IMG/VR virus record: IMGVR_UViG_3300037519_000052
Location: 1-32,565 of that record
Direction: 5' to 3' (one strand)
DNA from: a virus
Taxonomy: Duplodnaviria > Caudoviricetes
DNA length: 32,565 bases
Shown here one piece after another: positions 25,668 to 32,565 of this stretch. Every line of letters begins with the position of its first letter. Position 1 is the first letter of the stretch. Under the pieces are notes generated by a model that had not been told where the DNA came from, did no database searches, and was given only the letters and a program-made list of their open reading frames with translations. The translations under genes were made by a program, and so were the position numbers.

Positions 25668-25862
25668 TTAAAATCTTTTTTTATCTAACCAACATAATAT
25701 TGATAAAATAATAATAACTATAATACACATTCTTAAAAAAATAAAAGAAATACTTATTTTAATAATGCTTAAAGTTACAAAACAAGCTCCTAAATATAAT
25801 GCAACACCTATTACTAAAGGTACCATTAAAAAAAATAATAAAATTGATAAAAATTCTTTCAT
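25668..25862 (-). CDS. Small membrane protein
   Basis: 64 aa, two hydrophobic segments, basic C-terminus. Confidence 0.6.
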   Translation of the reverse strand: MKEFLSILLFFLMVPLVIGVALYLGACFVTLSIIKISISFIFLRMCIIVIIILSILCWLDKKRF

Positions 25863-25978
25863 AATAAATTCATTTTACTTTCAATAATATAAAATCCGTA
25901 TTCAATTTTCACGTCTGGCAAAGATTTTATTTCTAGTTTTTCCTTTGCTTTTTTTGCTTGTTCCTTTGTGTATTTCAT
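25859..25978 (-). CDS. Small hypothetical protein (39 aa)
   Basis: Hand-translated MKYTKEQAKKAKEKLEIK...; ATGA overlaps at both ends. Confidence 0.55.
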   Translation of the reverse strand: MKYTKEQAKKAKEKLEIKSLPDVKIEYGFYIIESKMNLL

Positions 25979-26187
25979 AATTTCTCGATTTCGGTTTCAA
26001 CTTCTTTCCAGTATTCTGCATCGAAAATATTTTCGCAATTATCTAATATTTCATTAACGCATATTAATGCGCATTGTTTGGCATTAATAGTCATTTTTTC
26101 TTGTTCTGTAAAACAATCATCTCCTTCATAGTCTACAAAATCTTTAAACTTATCAACTAATTCGTCACATTTCTCTTTCGGTTTCAT
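25975..26187 (-). CDS. Hypothetical phage protein
   Basis: MKPKEK..EL...AKQCALI.V.EI...YWKEV..EIEKL pattern. Confidence 0.7.
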   Translation of the reverse strand: MKPKEKCDELVDKFKDFVDYEGDDCFTEQEKMTINAKQCALICVNEILDNCENIFDAEYWKEVETEIEKL

Positions 26188-26375
26188 ACTCCTTTTTCTT
26201 TTTTATAGATTTCTAATAGTTCATTTGATGAAATATGTTTTTGTAATACATAATCATTAATATCTAAACCATTTAACCACTCCGCAAATCCAATAGCAAA
26301 ATCATCAAGGTATTTTTGTGAATGTAATACTATTCTTTCATCGGGTTGATAATCAAAATTTTCTTCTAGTGTCAT
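26184..26375 (-). CDS. Hypothetical phage protein
   Basis: FAIGFAEW...ELLEIYKKEKG. Confidence 0.65.
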   Translation of the reverse strand: MTLEENFDYQPDERIVLHSQKYLDDFAIGFAEWLNGLDINDYVLQKHISSNELLEIYKKEKGV

Positions 26376-26713
26376 TACCTATTAATTTTATTTACAATTC
26401 CTTCTATACTCTTTTGGTCCTTTCGGTATGCGTCTATGATATGACAAATATTTTCCATATCATAAATTGCAATTTCACTAACTTTTTTGATAAACGTATC
26501 GAAAACTGAATAAACCGCATCGGTTGCATTATCATCACGTTCGAAAAACTTGTCATAGTGGTTTGCTTCTACTTTGATTAACTCTACTAAAACGCTGTTT
26601 AATTTGTTTTTAAGAGCTTGTTTATAGTATGGTGTATATTTTATCTGCTCAAGTTGGTTTAGTGCAATCTGGCAACTCATAACGCTGTTGGTAATTTTAT
26701 CCTCTATTTTCAT
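26375..26713 (-). CDS. Hypothetical protein
   Basis: 112 aa helical ORF, coupled. Confidence 0.65.
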   Translation of the reverse strand: MKIEDKITNSVMSCQIALNQLEQIKYTPYYKQALKNKLNSVLVELIKVEANHYDKFFERDDNATDAVYSVFDTFIKKVSEIAIYDMENICHIIDAYRKDQKSIEGIVNKINR

Positions 26714-26957
26714 CTTGGTAAATTTCTAAAAGTTCATGTATATTTTTGCTATAATAAATGCAGGGAAAATTTATTCTTTGAATATCTAAAAATCTACTAA
26801 AACTAATTGCAAATTCTTTTTTATCATTATAGCTATTTTGTTGTTGCAATTTAGCACCTGCTATAAAACCGTTTATGTAAGAAATTCTATCATTATCTGA
26901 CATAGAGTCATCGTTAAGCCAAAAATTTTCAGCAGCTTCTTTTATATTTTTTCCCAT
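26697..26957 (-). CDS. Hypothetical phage protein
   Basis: KEAAE...GFIAGAK.QQ and FAISF...ELLEIY motifs. Confidence 0.6.
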   Translation of the reverse strand: MGKNIKEAAENFWLNDDSMSDNDRISYINGFIAGAKLQQQNSYNDKKEFAISFSRFLDIQRINFPCIYYSKNIHELLEIYQDENRG

Positions 26958-27169
26958 ATTCTTGACCAGTTTGTTTCTTTAATTTCTTTTAATAACTCCT
27001 CGCAAGTCGCATAAGTTTTTTTGCTTAAATAGGACTTTCTACCGTCCTGTCCTAAACATAAACTTCGCTCCTGTGAAATTTCCCATCTTTCGTAAACGCT
27101 TAATTTAGTGTAACGCATTACATCGGCTTCGTATTTCAATACTTCTGTAAATTCTAAAAATGATATCAT
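26942..27169 (-). CDS. Hypothetical protein
   Basis: 75 aa ORF, coupled. Confidence 0.55.
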   Translation of the reverse strand: MISFLEFTEVLKYEADVMRYTKLSVYERWEISQERSLCLGQDGRKSYLSKKTYATCEELLKEIKETNWSRIWEKI

Positions 27170-27351
27170 AATTGTACTTCTATTTGGTTAATTTTATCTT
27201 GTTCTAAAAGCGATATTAATCGGTTATCGCTTCGCTTTTTAATTTCAATTTGATTGAAGGCTTCCATCATTTGTTCGTTGTTTGAAATGTCACCGCCTAA
27301 ATTAGAAAACCATGTTTGGAAACGCGCGCACTCATTTATCCACTCTTCCAT
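27166..27351 (-). CDS. Hypothetical protein
   Basis: 61 aa ORF, coupled. Confidence 0.55.
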   Translation of the reverse strand: MEEWINECARFQTWFSNLGGDISNNEQMMEAFNQIEIKKRSDNRLISLLEQDKINQIEVQL

Positions 27352-27848
27352 TATTCTTGATTTAAAGTTAATAAATATGCTTTACAAGCGTTAAAAACTG
27401 CTTGAATTTGCTTAAATTCTTCCGTACCTCTTTCGGTAGTTAATTTTTCATCACTTGCAAAAAATAAATCCCAATTTTCAATAGTTCTTTTTTCACATCC
27501 TATTTTAATTTGATTTCCAATAACTGAAAAATTCCATTTACAAAATAAAGGTAAATATGCAGTTTCTTTGTTTTTAGCCGAACGCAAATCAGCCGAACTC
27601 AAATTAGCCGAATACAAATTAGCCGAACTCAAATTAGCCGAACGTAAATCAGCCGAACTCAAATTAGCCGAATACAAATTAGCCGAACGCAAATCAGCCG
27701 AATACAAATTAGCCGAACGCAAATCAGCCGAACGTAAAGAAACTTTTCCTTGAACTGCTTTTTCAACTGCATCTTTTATAGTTGCGTTTTCCGATTCGTA
27801 AGTAAATAGCAAATCGCCATAAATACTTTTAATTTCTATTTTAGTCAT
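27351..27848 (-). CDS. Pentapeptide repeat protein
   Basis: Ten SA[D/N]L[R/Y/S] repeats; C-terminal IKIGCE..TIENW. Confidence 0.92.
   Translation of the reverse strand: MTKIEIKSIYGDLLFTYESENATIKDAVEKAVQGKVSLRSADLRSANLYSADLRSANLYSANLSSADLRSANLSSANLYSANLSSADLRSAKNKETAYLPLFCKWNFSVIGNQIKIGCEKRTIENWDLFFASDEKLTTERGTEEFKQIQAVFNACKAYLLTLNQE
27576..27738 (-). repeat. 15-bp tandem repeat (about 10.5 units) encoding the pentapeptide repeats
   Basis: Units TCGGCTGATTTRCGT, TCGGCTAATTTGTAT, TCGGCTAATTTGAGT. Confidence 0.95.
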
Positions 27849-27849
27849 C

Positions 27850-28086
27850 TTATTTTAAATTATTGATTATTTGATTAATATTATTTTCAAAAAAAGTTTT
27901 TTCTGTTTGCTTTGCTACACTATAAAGCAATTGCAAAGCTATTTTAGCCTCTCTAATTTTCTTTTCGAGTTCGTTTACATATTCTTTCGCTTCGTCGCTC
28001 TGGTCGTCTTGTGATAGCCAAAAGTTATCAGATGCACTTGGCTCGTAGTCGTGTTCCTCTGTTGGGTCATTTTTATATTTTGTCAT
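27850..28086 (-). CDS. Hypothetical protein
   Basis: 78 aa, acidic N-terminus and coiled coil. Confidence 0.6.
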   Translation of the reverse strand: MTKYKNDPTEEHDYEPSASDNFWLSQDDQSDEAKEYVNELEKKIREAKIALQLLYSVAKQTEKTFFENNINQIINNLK

Positions 28087-28222
28087 TTTTATAAGTTTTA
28101 CAAATTACGTCGATTGCTTTTAATATTTCTGGCATTGCTTTTAAAGGTAAAAATCTGTGAAATCTTTTTAATTCCGTTTGTTCCTTCCATTTGTAAGGTC
28201 GACCTACTGGGTTTGTTTTCAT
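28073..28222 (-). CDS. Small basic protein, possible DNA-binding regulator (49 aa)
   Basis: Hand-translated MKTNPVGRPYKWKEQTELKRFHRFLPLKAMPEILKAIDVICKTYKNDKI; GRP motif. Confidence 0.55.
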   Translation of the reverse strand: MKTNPVGRPYKWKEQTELKRFHRFLPLKAMPEILKAIDVICKTYKNDKI

Positions 28223-28308
28223 ATTCTTGTAATTTGGATTAATAAATAAGTTAATACTATCCCCGCAAAAATCAATTGAGGGCGTTTGTGTTGTAGAAAA
28301 TGTTTCAT
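28219..28308 (-). CDS. Small membrane peptide (29 aa)
   Basis: Hand-translated MKHFLQHKRPQLIFAGIVLTYLLIQITRI; ATGA overlap with next gene. Confidence 0.55.
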   Translation of the reverse strand: MKHFLQHKRPQLIFAGIVLTYLLIQITRI

Positions 28309-28320
28309 TTTAATTGGTTT

Positions 28321-28503
28321 TTAATTACAGTATTCAAATTCTTTTACTTCACTTGGCAAATTATCGTAAATTGTATAACCAAATTTATTAGCATAATTTT
28401 TAGCTTTTCTAATTGTATCAAATCCTTTTATAGAATAAATTTCTTTTGAATTAAAAAAGTTTAAAAAAACTGTGTTTGATAATGTTGTGATTGTAGCTTT
28501 CAT
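28321..28503 (-). CDS. First early gene, hypothetical (60 aa)
   Basis: Start moved to MKATITT (28503) because the longer ORF overlaps the promoter; F.T.RKAKNYA motif. Confidence 0.6.
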   Translation of the reverse strand: MKATITTLSNTVFLNFFNSKEIYSIKGFDTIRKAKNYANKFGYTIYDNLPSEVKEFEYCN

Positions 28504-28537
28504 AATATTTGTTTTTTTATTTGTTGTTATCTGAGTA

Positions 28538-28568
28538 CAAATATAAAACAATTAATTAAATGCACAAA
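28538..28568 (-). promoter_or_regulatory. Early promoter, Bacteroidota consensus
   Basis: TTTG-N19-TATATTTG, full match to the -33/-7 consensus, downstream of the late-operon terminator. Confidence 0.85.
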
Positions 28569-28579
28569 TATTATTGCTA

Positions 28580-28598
28580 ATTTATATTAATTCTAAAT
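28580..28598. promoter_or_regulatory. 19-bp imperfect palindrome, Fur-box-like operator candidate
   Basis: Minus strand ATTTAGAATTAATATAAAT, 11 nt upstream of the -33 element. Confidence 0.4.
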
Positions 28599-28650
28599 AA
28601 TAATATTACACAATTACGTAATATCTTAATTTATTACACTTTTTGGTAAT

Positions 28651-28677
28651 AAAAAAACCACCCTAAAAGAGTGGTTT
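28651..28677 (-). terminator. Rho-independent terminator ending the late operon
   Basis: AAACCACTC-TTTTA-GGGTGGTTT with continuing T run. Confidence 0.8.
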
Positions 28678-28680
28678 GAT

Positions 28681-28770
28681 TAATCATTAAGGGACTCGAA
28701 CCCTTATCTATTGCAGGACTTGCAACATGCTACCCTTGCCGCTATTCATTCACGGTTACACCAAACGATT
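28681..28770 (-). ncRNA. tRNA-like RNA (non-canonical; no assignable anticodon)
   Basis: Acceptor AATCGTT/AATGATT, D stem GTGT/GCAT, stem TTGCA-[AGTCC]-TGCAA, T arm AAGGG-TTCGAGT-CCCTT; enlarged D-loop; no encoded CCA. Confidence 0.75.
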
Positions 28771-28930
28771 AACTTAATTTGTGAGCAAACATTTTTATTA
28801 TCGTTGTAGGCTTTATAAACTTACAAACTAAACGTAAAAAGAAACCCGCATTCGTTGTGGCTGGACTACTTGCGTAATCCGTTGCTACTGCATCTAAAGC
28901 ATTTTTGATTGGTTCTGGAATATTATTCAT
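28769..28930 (-). CDS. Small protein with basic amphipathic C-terminus (53 aa)
   Basis: Hand-translated MNNIPEPIKNALDAVATDYASSPATTNAGFFLRLVCKFIKPTTIIKMFAHKLS. Confidence 0.6.
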   Translation of the reverse strand: MNNIPEPIKNALDAVATDYASSPATTNAGFFLRLVCKFIKPTTIIKMFAHKLS

Positions 28931-28932
28931 AA

Positions 28933-30147
28933 TTAAAATATAAAATGGTTAATTGTTTTTTGTGTTTCGTAATAATTGAACGTTGTAAAGCTGCTCAAAG
29001 TGTTCTTAAAATTTGTTTTCACCCAGTCAGATGGCGGACTAAACGCGCCAAAATTTTGATATTCAAAAGCCGTGCTACTTGTATGGTCAAATAATAATTG
29101 ATGGCTGTCACCTTTGCTAAATTCAATTTTGTAGTTATGCAATTTATACTCATCAATATAGTTTTTTATTTTCTCGATTTGGATCGCGTCAAGTTTTGGT
29201 TTAAATCCAAACTTTAAATTTGCATTGTCTTTGCCATGGGTTAATATAAAGCATCTATTGTTAATAATGTAATGATCTATGAATTTTCTTTGATTAATTA
29301 CCTCAATATTATTTGGATATTTCAACTCGATGTAAGTTTTAAAAGCTGAATTAACAATATAGCCAAAACTTCCCGCGTGGTTATCGTTACAAATATTTAC
29401 AAACTTAATAAAATTGTAATGATGCAGTAAAGCATCTACTAAACGAATTTTAAAAATCAATGCAACGTCAAAGGCTTTTTGGTTATCCATATTTTGAGGT
29501 AATTTATGACCGCCTCGTGTTGTTTCTGCATCCCAACCGTCCAGAAAGTCTGCTAAATCATTCAGGAATAAAGTATTCGACTTTTTATTTTTGATTATTT
29601 CGTTTACAAATATTTCAAGCCGTTTAAAGATTTCGCTTTCATTCCATAAACCATCGTACAAAGAAAATCCATCTTTGTTGACATCCATTCCAATGTGCGT
29701 ATCGGTAAAAACTGCCCTGTCAAATTTTGCTATATTTTTAGATTTGTGTTTTATTACAATAGGCTCGATTTTATCTTTGAAAATACTTAAAAAATCAATT
29801 TCCTTTTCAACATCCACAACCTTTATCGGCTCAGTAATAACCCATTGTTGGTTTGTAGCTACATTTGTACTAACTCTTTTGATTTGATGGTTAGAAGGAA
29901 TTTCTATTAACTCCTTTGAGGTTAGTTTTTCAACTTTTGTAATTACCTCACCGTCTTTATTTAAAGTTCTTTTGACTTCTTTAAATTCCGATTCGTGTAA
30001 ATTTCGGAGTTTTAAAAGTTCGCGCTCCTCTTGACTATTTAAGTAATATTTTGGGTTACTTTCCCATTTATCTGTATCGTTATTTTTAATTTCTAAACCT
30101 AGTGCAATTGCTTCAAATGGCTTCAACCTATAAGCTGGTTTTTTCAT
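28933..30147 (-). CDS. Calcineurin-like metallophosphoesterase with N-terminal extension
   Basis: DTHIG, LADFLDG, NDNH, THG, GDSH metal-binding motifs. Confidence 0.8.
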   Translation of the reverse strand: MKKPAYRLKPFEAIALGLEIKNNDTDKWESNPKYYLNSQEERELLKLRNLHESEFKEVKRTLNKDGEVITKVEKLTSKELIEIPSNHQIKRVSTNVATNQQWVITEPIKVVDVEKEIDFLSIFKDKIEPIVIKHKSKNIAKFDRAVFTDTHIGMDVNKDGFSLYDGLWNESEIFKRLEIFVNEIIKNKKSNTLFLNDLADFLDGWDAETTRGGHKLPQNMDNQKAFDVALIFKIRLVDALLHHYNFIKFVNICNDNHAGSFGYIVNSAFKTYIELKYPNNIEVINQRKFIDHYIINNRCFILTHGKDNANLKFGFKPKLDAIQIEKIKNYIDEYKLHNYKIEFSKGDSHQLLFDHTSSTAFEYQNFGAFSPPSDWVKTNFKNTLSSFTTFNYYETQKTINHFIF

Positions 30148-30540
30148 CTATTCGATTGTAAGGTAAACTTTACCGTTATTCAAACCCGTTTTTAATTTTT
30201 GCACAAATTTTACTAATGTCATTTTTGAATTACCGATAAAATCAATATTTCTGTTTTGTCCTAATAAGATACAGCCCTCGGTATCTTTTGCGGAGTTCCC
30301 TGCATGGATGCGAACCCCCTCGAAATTTGGTACATTAAGCAATAATGGTAGTACTACTTTAAATCGGTTACTCATAGTCATTACTATTTCGTAAGTTCCT
30401 TTAGGTATTGCAGTTTTCCCGTATATTTTCGACTCTCTTTCTACGTCCTCAAGTGTGTAACACTCGAATTTTCCATTAATTGAAAGCTCTCCGATTGTGG
30501 AGTTACTTGTTTTATGAAGTCTTTTTAGTAGTATTTTCAT
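30148..30540 (-). CDS. DUF5675-type protein, putative endolysin
   Basis: TLED, AIPKGTY, VPNFEGVRIHAGN...DTEGCILLG; follows holin-like genes. Confidence 0.75.
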   Translation of the reverse strand: MKILLKRLHKTSNSTIGELSINGKFECYTLEDVERESKIYGKTAIPKGTYEIVMTMSNRFKVVLPLLLNVPNFEGVRIHAGNSAKDTEGCILLGQNRNIDFIGNSKMTLVKFVQKLKTGLNNGKVYLTIE

Positions 30541-30734
30541 TTTTTAAATTTTTTATGAATAAAAGTTGCAAATAATTTTCCGAAATACCCCACAATTCCA
30601 CCAATAAAACCAAATAAAATAACTTTAAACAGTTGCATTCCGTCGGTTAATAATGGATTCTCGGCAATGTAGGAAAATATACTTAAAACTGCGCCCGAAA
30701 ATATACTTAAAAAACTATGATTGTGGCTATTCAT
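30537..30734 (-). CDS. Holin-like two-TM membrane protein
   Basis: Likely start MNSHNHS (30734); two hydrophobic segments and basic C-terminus. Confidence 0.6.
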   Translation of the reverse strand: MNSHNHSFLSIFSGAVLSIFSYIAENPLLTDGMQLFKVILFGFIGGIVGYFGKLFATFIHKKFKK

Positions 30735-30900
30735 TGCTTTGCTTTTTAGAATTTCCAAAATAATAACCAATAACCGAACCCATTAAACCAACCACAGCTA
30801 TTTTAACGTCGTTTTCTGGAGCTGTCCATCCTAAAATGTATAAACCAACGGCAATTATTATTAAGGCTATTACGCCTTGTATATTAGTTTTTTGTATCAT
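30727..30900 (-). CDS. Holin-like two-TM membrane protein (57 aa)
   Basis: Hand-translated MIQKTNIQGVIALIIIAVGLYILGW...GLMGSVIGYYFGNSKK; YYFG.S motif. Confidence 0.65.
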   Translation of the reverse strand: MIQKTNIQGVIALIIIAVGLYILGWTAPENDVKIAVVGLMGSVIGYYFGNSKKQSNE

Positions 30901-31165
30901 ATCCTAAAAATCCGTGCTTTGGGTTGTTAACTACTATTTCATTCTCTTTAAAATCAATTTCTTGCTCAGACATAACATCGTAGTGATACCCATCAGCAAA
31001 TATAGGCTTAATTTCTTCGGTCGGTTGGTTTATACAAATTTTACCAAGTTCAACAATTGCGTGAATACCCTCTCCAAAAGATAAATCCTCTGTATAAACT
31101 CCTTTGTCTAGTAAATTAGCTATTGCAGTTTCTTTGTCTGAGTATTTTAATTTGTATATTTTCAT
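30884..31165 (-). CDS. Hypothetical protein, possibly tail-fibre associated
   Basis: IYKLKY, AIVELG, GYHYDVM, NPKHGF.G; directly follows the fibre gene. Confidence 0.6.
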   Translation of the reverse strand: MKIYKLKYSDKETAIANLLDKGVYTEDLSFGEGIHAIVELGKICINQPTEEIKPIFADGYHYDVMSEQEIDFKENEIVVNNPKHGFLGYDTKN

Positions 31166-31167
31166 AA

Positions 31168-32154
31168 TTATAAAGTTGTTAGAGCGGTCATTTCTGTATC
31201 AGTTAAATATGTTTTGTAAAGTTGAACTTGCTTGACTTTTGCAAAAAGAGGGAAACTACCATCTCCAGAATCAAATCCAAATTTACTTAAATTCAATGGT
31301 ATTGCTTGTGTGGTAATATCAGTTCCTCTTTTAACTCCATTTACCCAAAGACTAATATCATTTACTCTATATCTTACAGCCATTTTTGCAAATTGAGTTT
31401 CATCCGTTAAAGTAAACCCAATTGTGTTTGTAAAAGCAACACCGTTTACAGTTCCTAAAACTAATAAATTATTTGAACTATTATTATAACGCATTACAAT
31501 TCTATTGCTTAAAGTTCCATCTGATATACAAATTGCTCTTGAAATTAATTCATTAAACAAAGCAGCACTTTCAATAAACATAACTCCCTCTGTTTGCCCT
31601 ATTAAATCGCTTATTCCACTTTTACTACTTACATCTGCGTTTCTTGTTAATGCCGTAGTAGTAGTTGGGATGTAAGAGGTTGGATATGCTCCTGTTTCAA
31701 GTTGCCCTTTTGTAACGCTTCCTGTAACGGTTAAAATTAAACTTCCTGTAGTTGGTGTAAAAGTTAAAGAAACCCTATTATTTACGCCTGTTCCAACTAA
31801 AGTGCCAATATAAGTACCACTAAATACAATTGTTCCTGTTCCATAAAATGAAACCGTACAAGCTACTCCTGTAGTTGCTATCGTCTGAGTAACTACTACG
31901 GCACTATTTAATAGTCTATTCATTCTCTGCGGTTCTAACAATAAACTCGGACAACCTCCAACGGTATCATAGTTCAATCGTGGAATAGTTGTTAAAACAT
32001 TTTCAACATTTCCTAAAGAATTTATCTGAGTTGCAGAAGTATCTCGAGTAAAAGTTAAATCTCCATTGCCATTACTCGGAATAATAGAATAGACTTTATT
32101 GGATTTTATAGCGTTTGGTGTCATAACCAAAGATGCTTTTGTAAGTAAACTCAT
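31168..32154 (-). CDS. Tail fibre/receptor-binding-type protein with LamG/ConA-like C-terminal domain
   Basis: FTR...AT, PRLNY...CPSLLLEPQR.N, PTSYIPT...TRNAD, LWVNG, LTDTE...LT. Confidence 0.7.
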   Translation of the reverse strand: MSLLTKASLVMTPNAIKSNKVYSIIPSNGNGDLTFTRDTSATQINSLGNVENVLTTIPRLNYDTVGGCPSLLLEPQRMNRLLNSAVVVTQTIATTGVACTVSFYGTGTIVFSGTYIGTLVGTGVNNRVSLTFTPTTGSLILTVTGSVTKGQLETGAYPTSYIPTTTTALTRNADVSSKSGISDLIGQTEGVMFIESAALFNELISRAICISDGTLSNRIVMRYNNSSNNLLVLGTVNGVAFTNTIGFTLTDETQFAKMAVRYRVNDISLWVNGVKRGTDITTQAIPLNLSKFGFDSGDGSFPLFAKVKQVQLYKTYLTDTEMTALTTL

Positions 32155-32403
32155 TTATATGTTATTTAAAGCGGTTAATGTTGAAATTTGACAAGCATCT
32201 GCGGAGTATGTTCCTGAGTCGGTTGCTACTCTAATTTTGAAAGCGTTTATTAAAACGGTTACTAAATTTCCGATTATATTAGTTTCTCCGCTATAACTTG
32301 TAAATTGAGCAGAACCCCAACCAATTGAGTTATTAACCGCACCTTGACCCCAACCTATTGTATTATTTACCGAACCATCACCCCAACCTATTGAATTTGC
32401 CAT
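32155..32403 (-). CDS. Small virion-associated protein with N[S/T]IGWG repeats
   Basis: Three 11-aa repeats (NSIGWGDGSVN, NTIGWGQGAVN, NSIGWG). Confidence 0.65.
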   Translation of the reverse strand: MANSIGWGDGSVNNTIGWGQGAVNNSIGWGSAQFTSYSGETNIIGNLVTVLINAFKIRVATDSGTYSADACQISTLTALNNI

Positions 32404-32413
32404 ATTTTTTTTA

Positions 32414-32565
32414 TTATATTACTACTTTTGCGTTTCCTGCTGTGTGGTATAAATTACCAACTTTTAAACCTGCAGCTAATGCGGCTGCATTGTTTGCATA
32501 TTCTTGAATTATTAATAATGGTATCACTGCTACAGGAATAGGCACTAATGTACGTACCGGTGTAG
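32414..32565 (-). CDS. 3' part of the ORF starting at 700 (circular join)
   Basis: G(1)+CT(32565-32564) gives GCT, then TPVRTLVPIP...EYANNAAALAAGLKVGNLYHT...TAA. Confidence 0.75.
   Translation of the reverse strand, partial: TPVRTLVPIPVAVIPLLIIQEYANNAAALAAGLKVGNLYHTAGNAKVVI

Larger units (their letters stand above)
1..32565 (-). mobile_element. Tailed bacteriophage genome (siphovirus-like, Bacteroidota host), apparently complete and circularly permuted
   Basis: Terminase, portal, protease, capsid, tail tube, tape measure, lysis and recombination genes all on one strand; no host housekeeping genes; in-frame ORF across the 1/32565 join; TAnnTTTG promoters. Confidence 0.93.

Noticed and set aside
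27576-27738. Regular repeat array as possible CRISPR
   Set aside because: 15-bp period with no unique spacers; in frame within a pentapeptide-repeat gene; no cas genes
28575-28602. dif-like XerC/D site
   Set aside because: Only weak similarity to the XerD arm and no convincing XerC arm with a 6-bp spacer
28681-28770. Calling the element a functional tRNA-Asp(GTC) or an attP site
   Set aside because: No U33, loop geometry is wrong, D-loop is oversized, and no integrase was found
3681-29887. All plus-strand ORFs in the track (60-112 aa)
   Set aside because: They lie antisense to well-supported minus-strand genes, have no recognisable motifs and mostly use non-ATG starts
31168-32154. Diversity-generating retroelement target in the fibre gene
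   Set aside because: No reverse transcriptase, and I saw no template/variable repeat pair
1-32565. Stop-codon reassignment
   Set aside because: The standard code gives full-length, tightly packed genes, and TAA, TAG and TGA all occur as stops

Overview
This window is an AT-rich tailed-phage genome with a siphovirus-like gene set. It is very probably complete and circularly permuted: an ORF leaving the window at base 1 continues in frame at base 32565. All credible genes are on the minus strand; the plus-strand ORFs in the track are antisense shadows. TAnnTTTG (-7) and TTTG (-33) promoters and A-rich, SD-less start regions point to a Bacteroidota (probably Flavobacteriia) host. In transcription order (high to low coordinate): many small early genes (28.5-25.7 kb), a GNAT-methyltransferase plus radical-SAM-like cassette, ERF/SSB recombination genes, an initiator-like protein and P-loop ATPase, a GNAT, NinB/NinG and an ECF-type sigma factor. 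These are followed by terminase, tail, protease, scaffold, capsid, tail tube, portal and adaptor genes, then across the join fibre, lysis and phosphoesterase genes. I found no integrase, CI-type repressor, DNA polymerase, CRISPR array or reverse transcriptase. Main findings: (1) three 5' leaders share one two-hairpin kissing-loop architecture but use three different, internally complementary loop pairs; (2) a candidate DNA-modification cassette whose two proteins carry beta-clamp motifs, bounded by a 19-bp repeat; (3) three fixed-spacing ECF-type late promoters implying near-leaderless mRNAs; (4) a tRNA-like RNA with an enlarged D-loop and a 5-nt anticodon loop; (5) a -1 frameshift site in the tail chaperone. 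All product calls come from motif recognition by eye; no database search was run.
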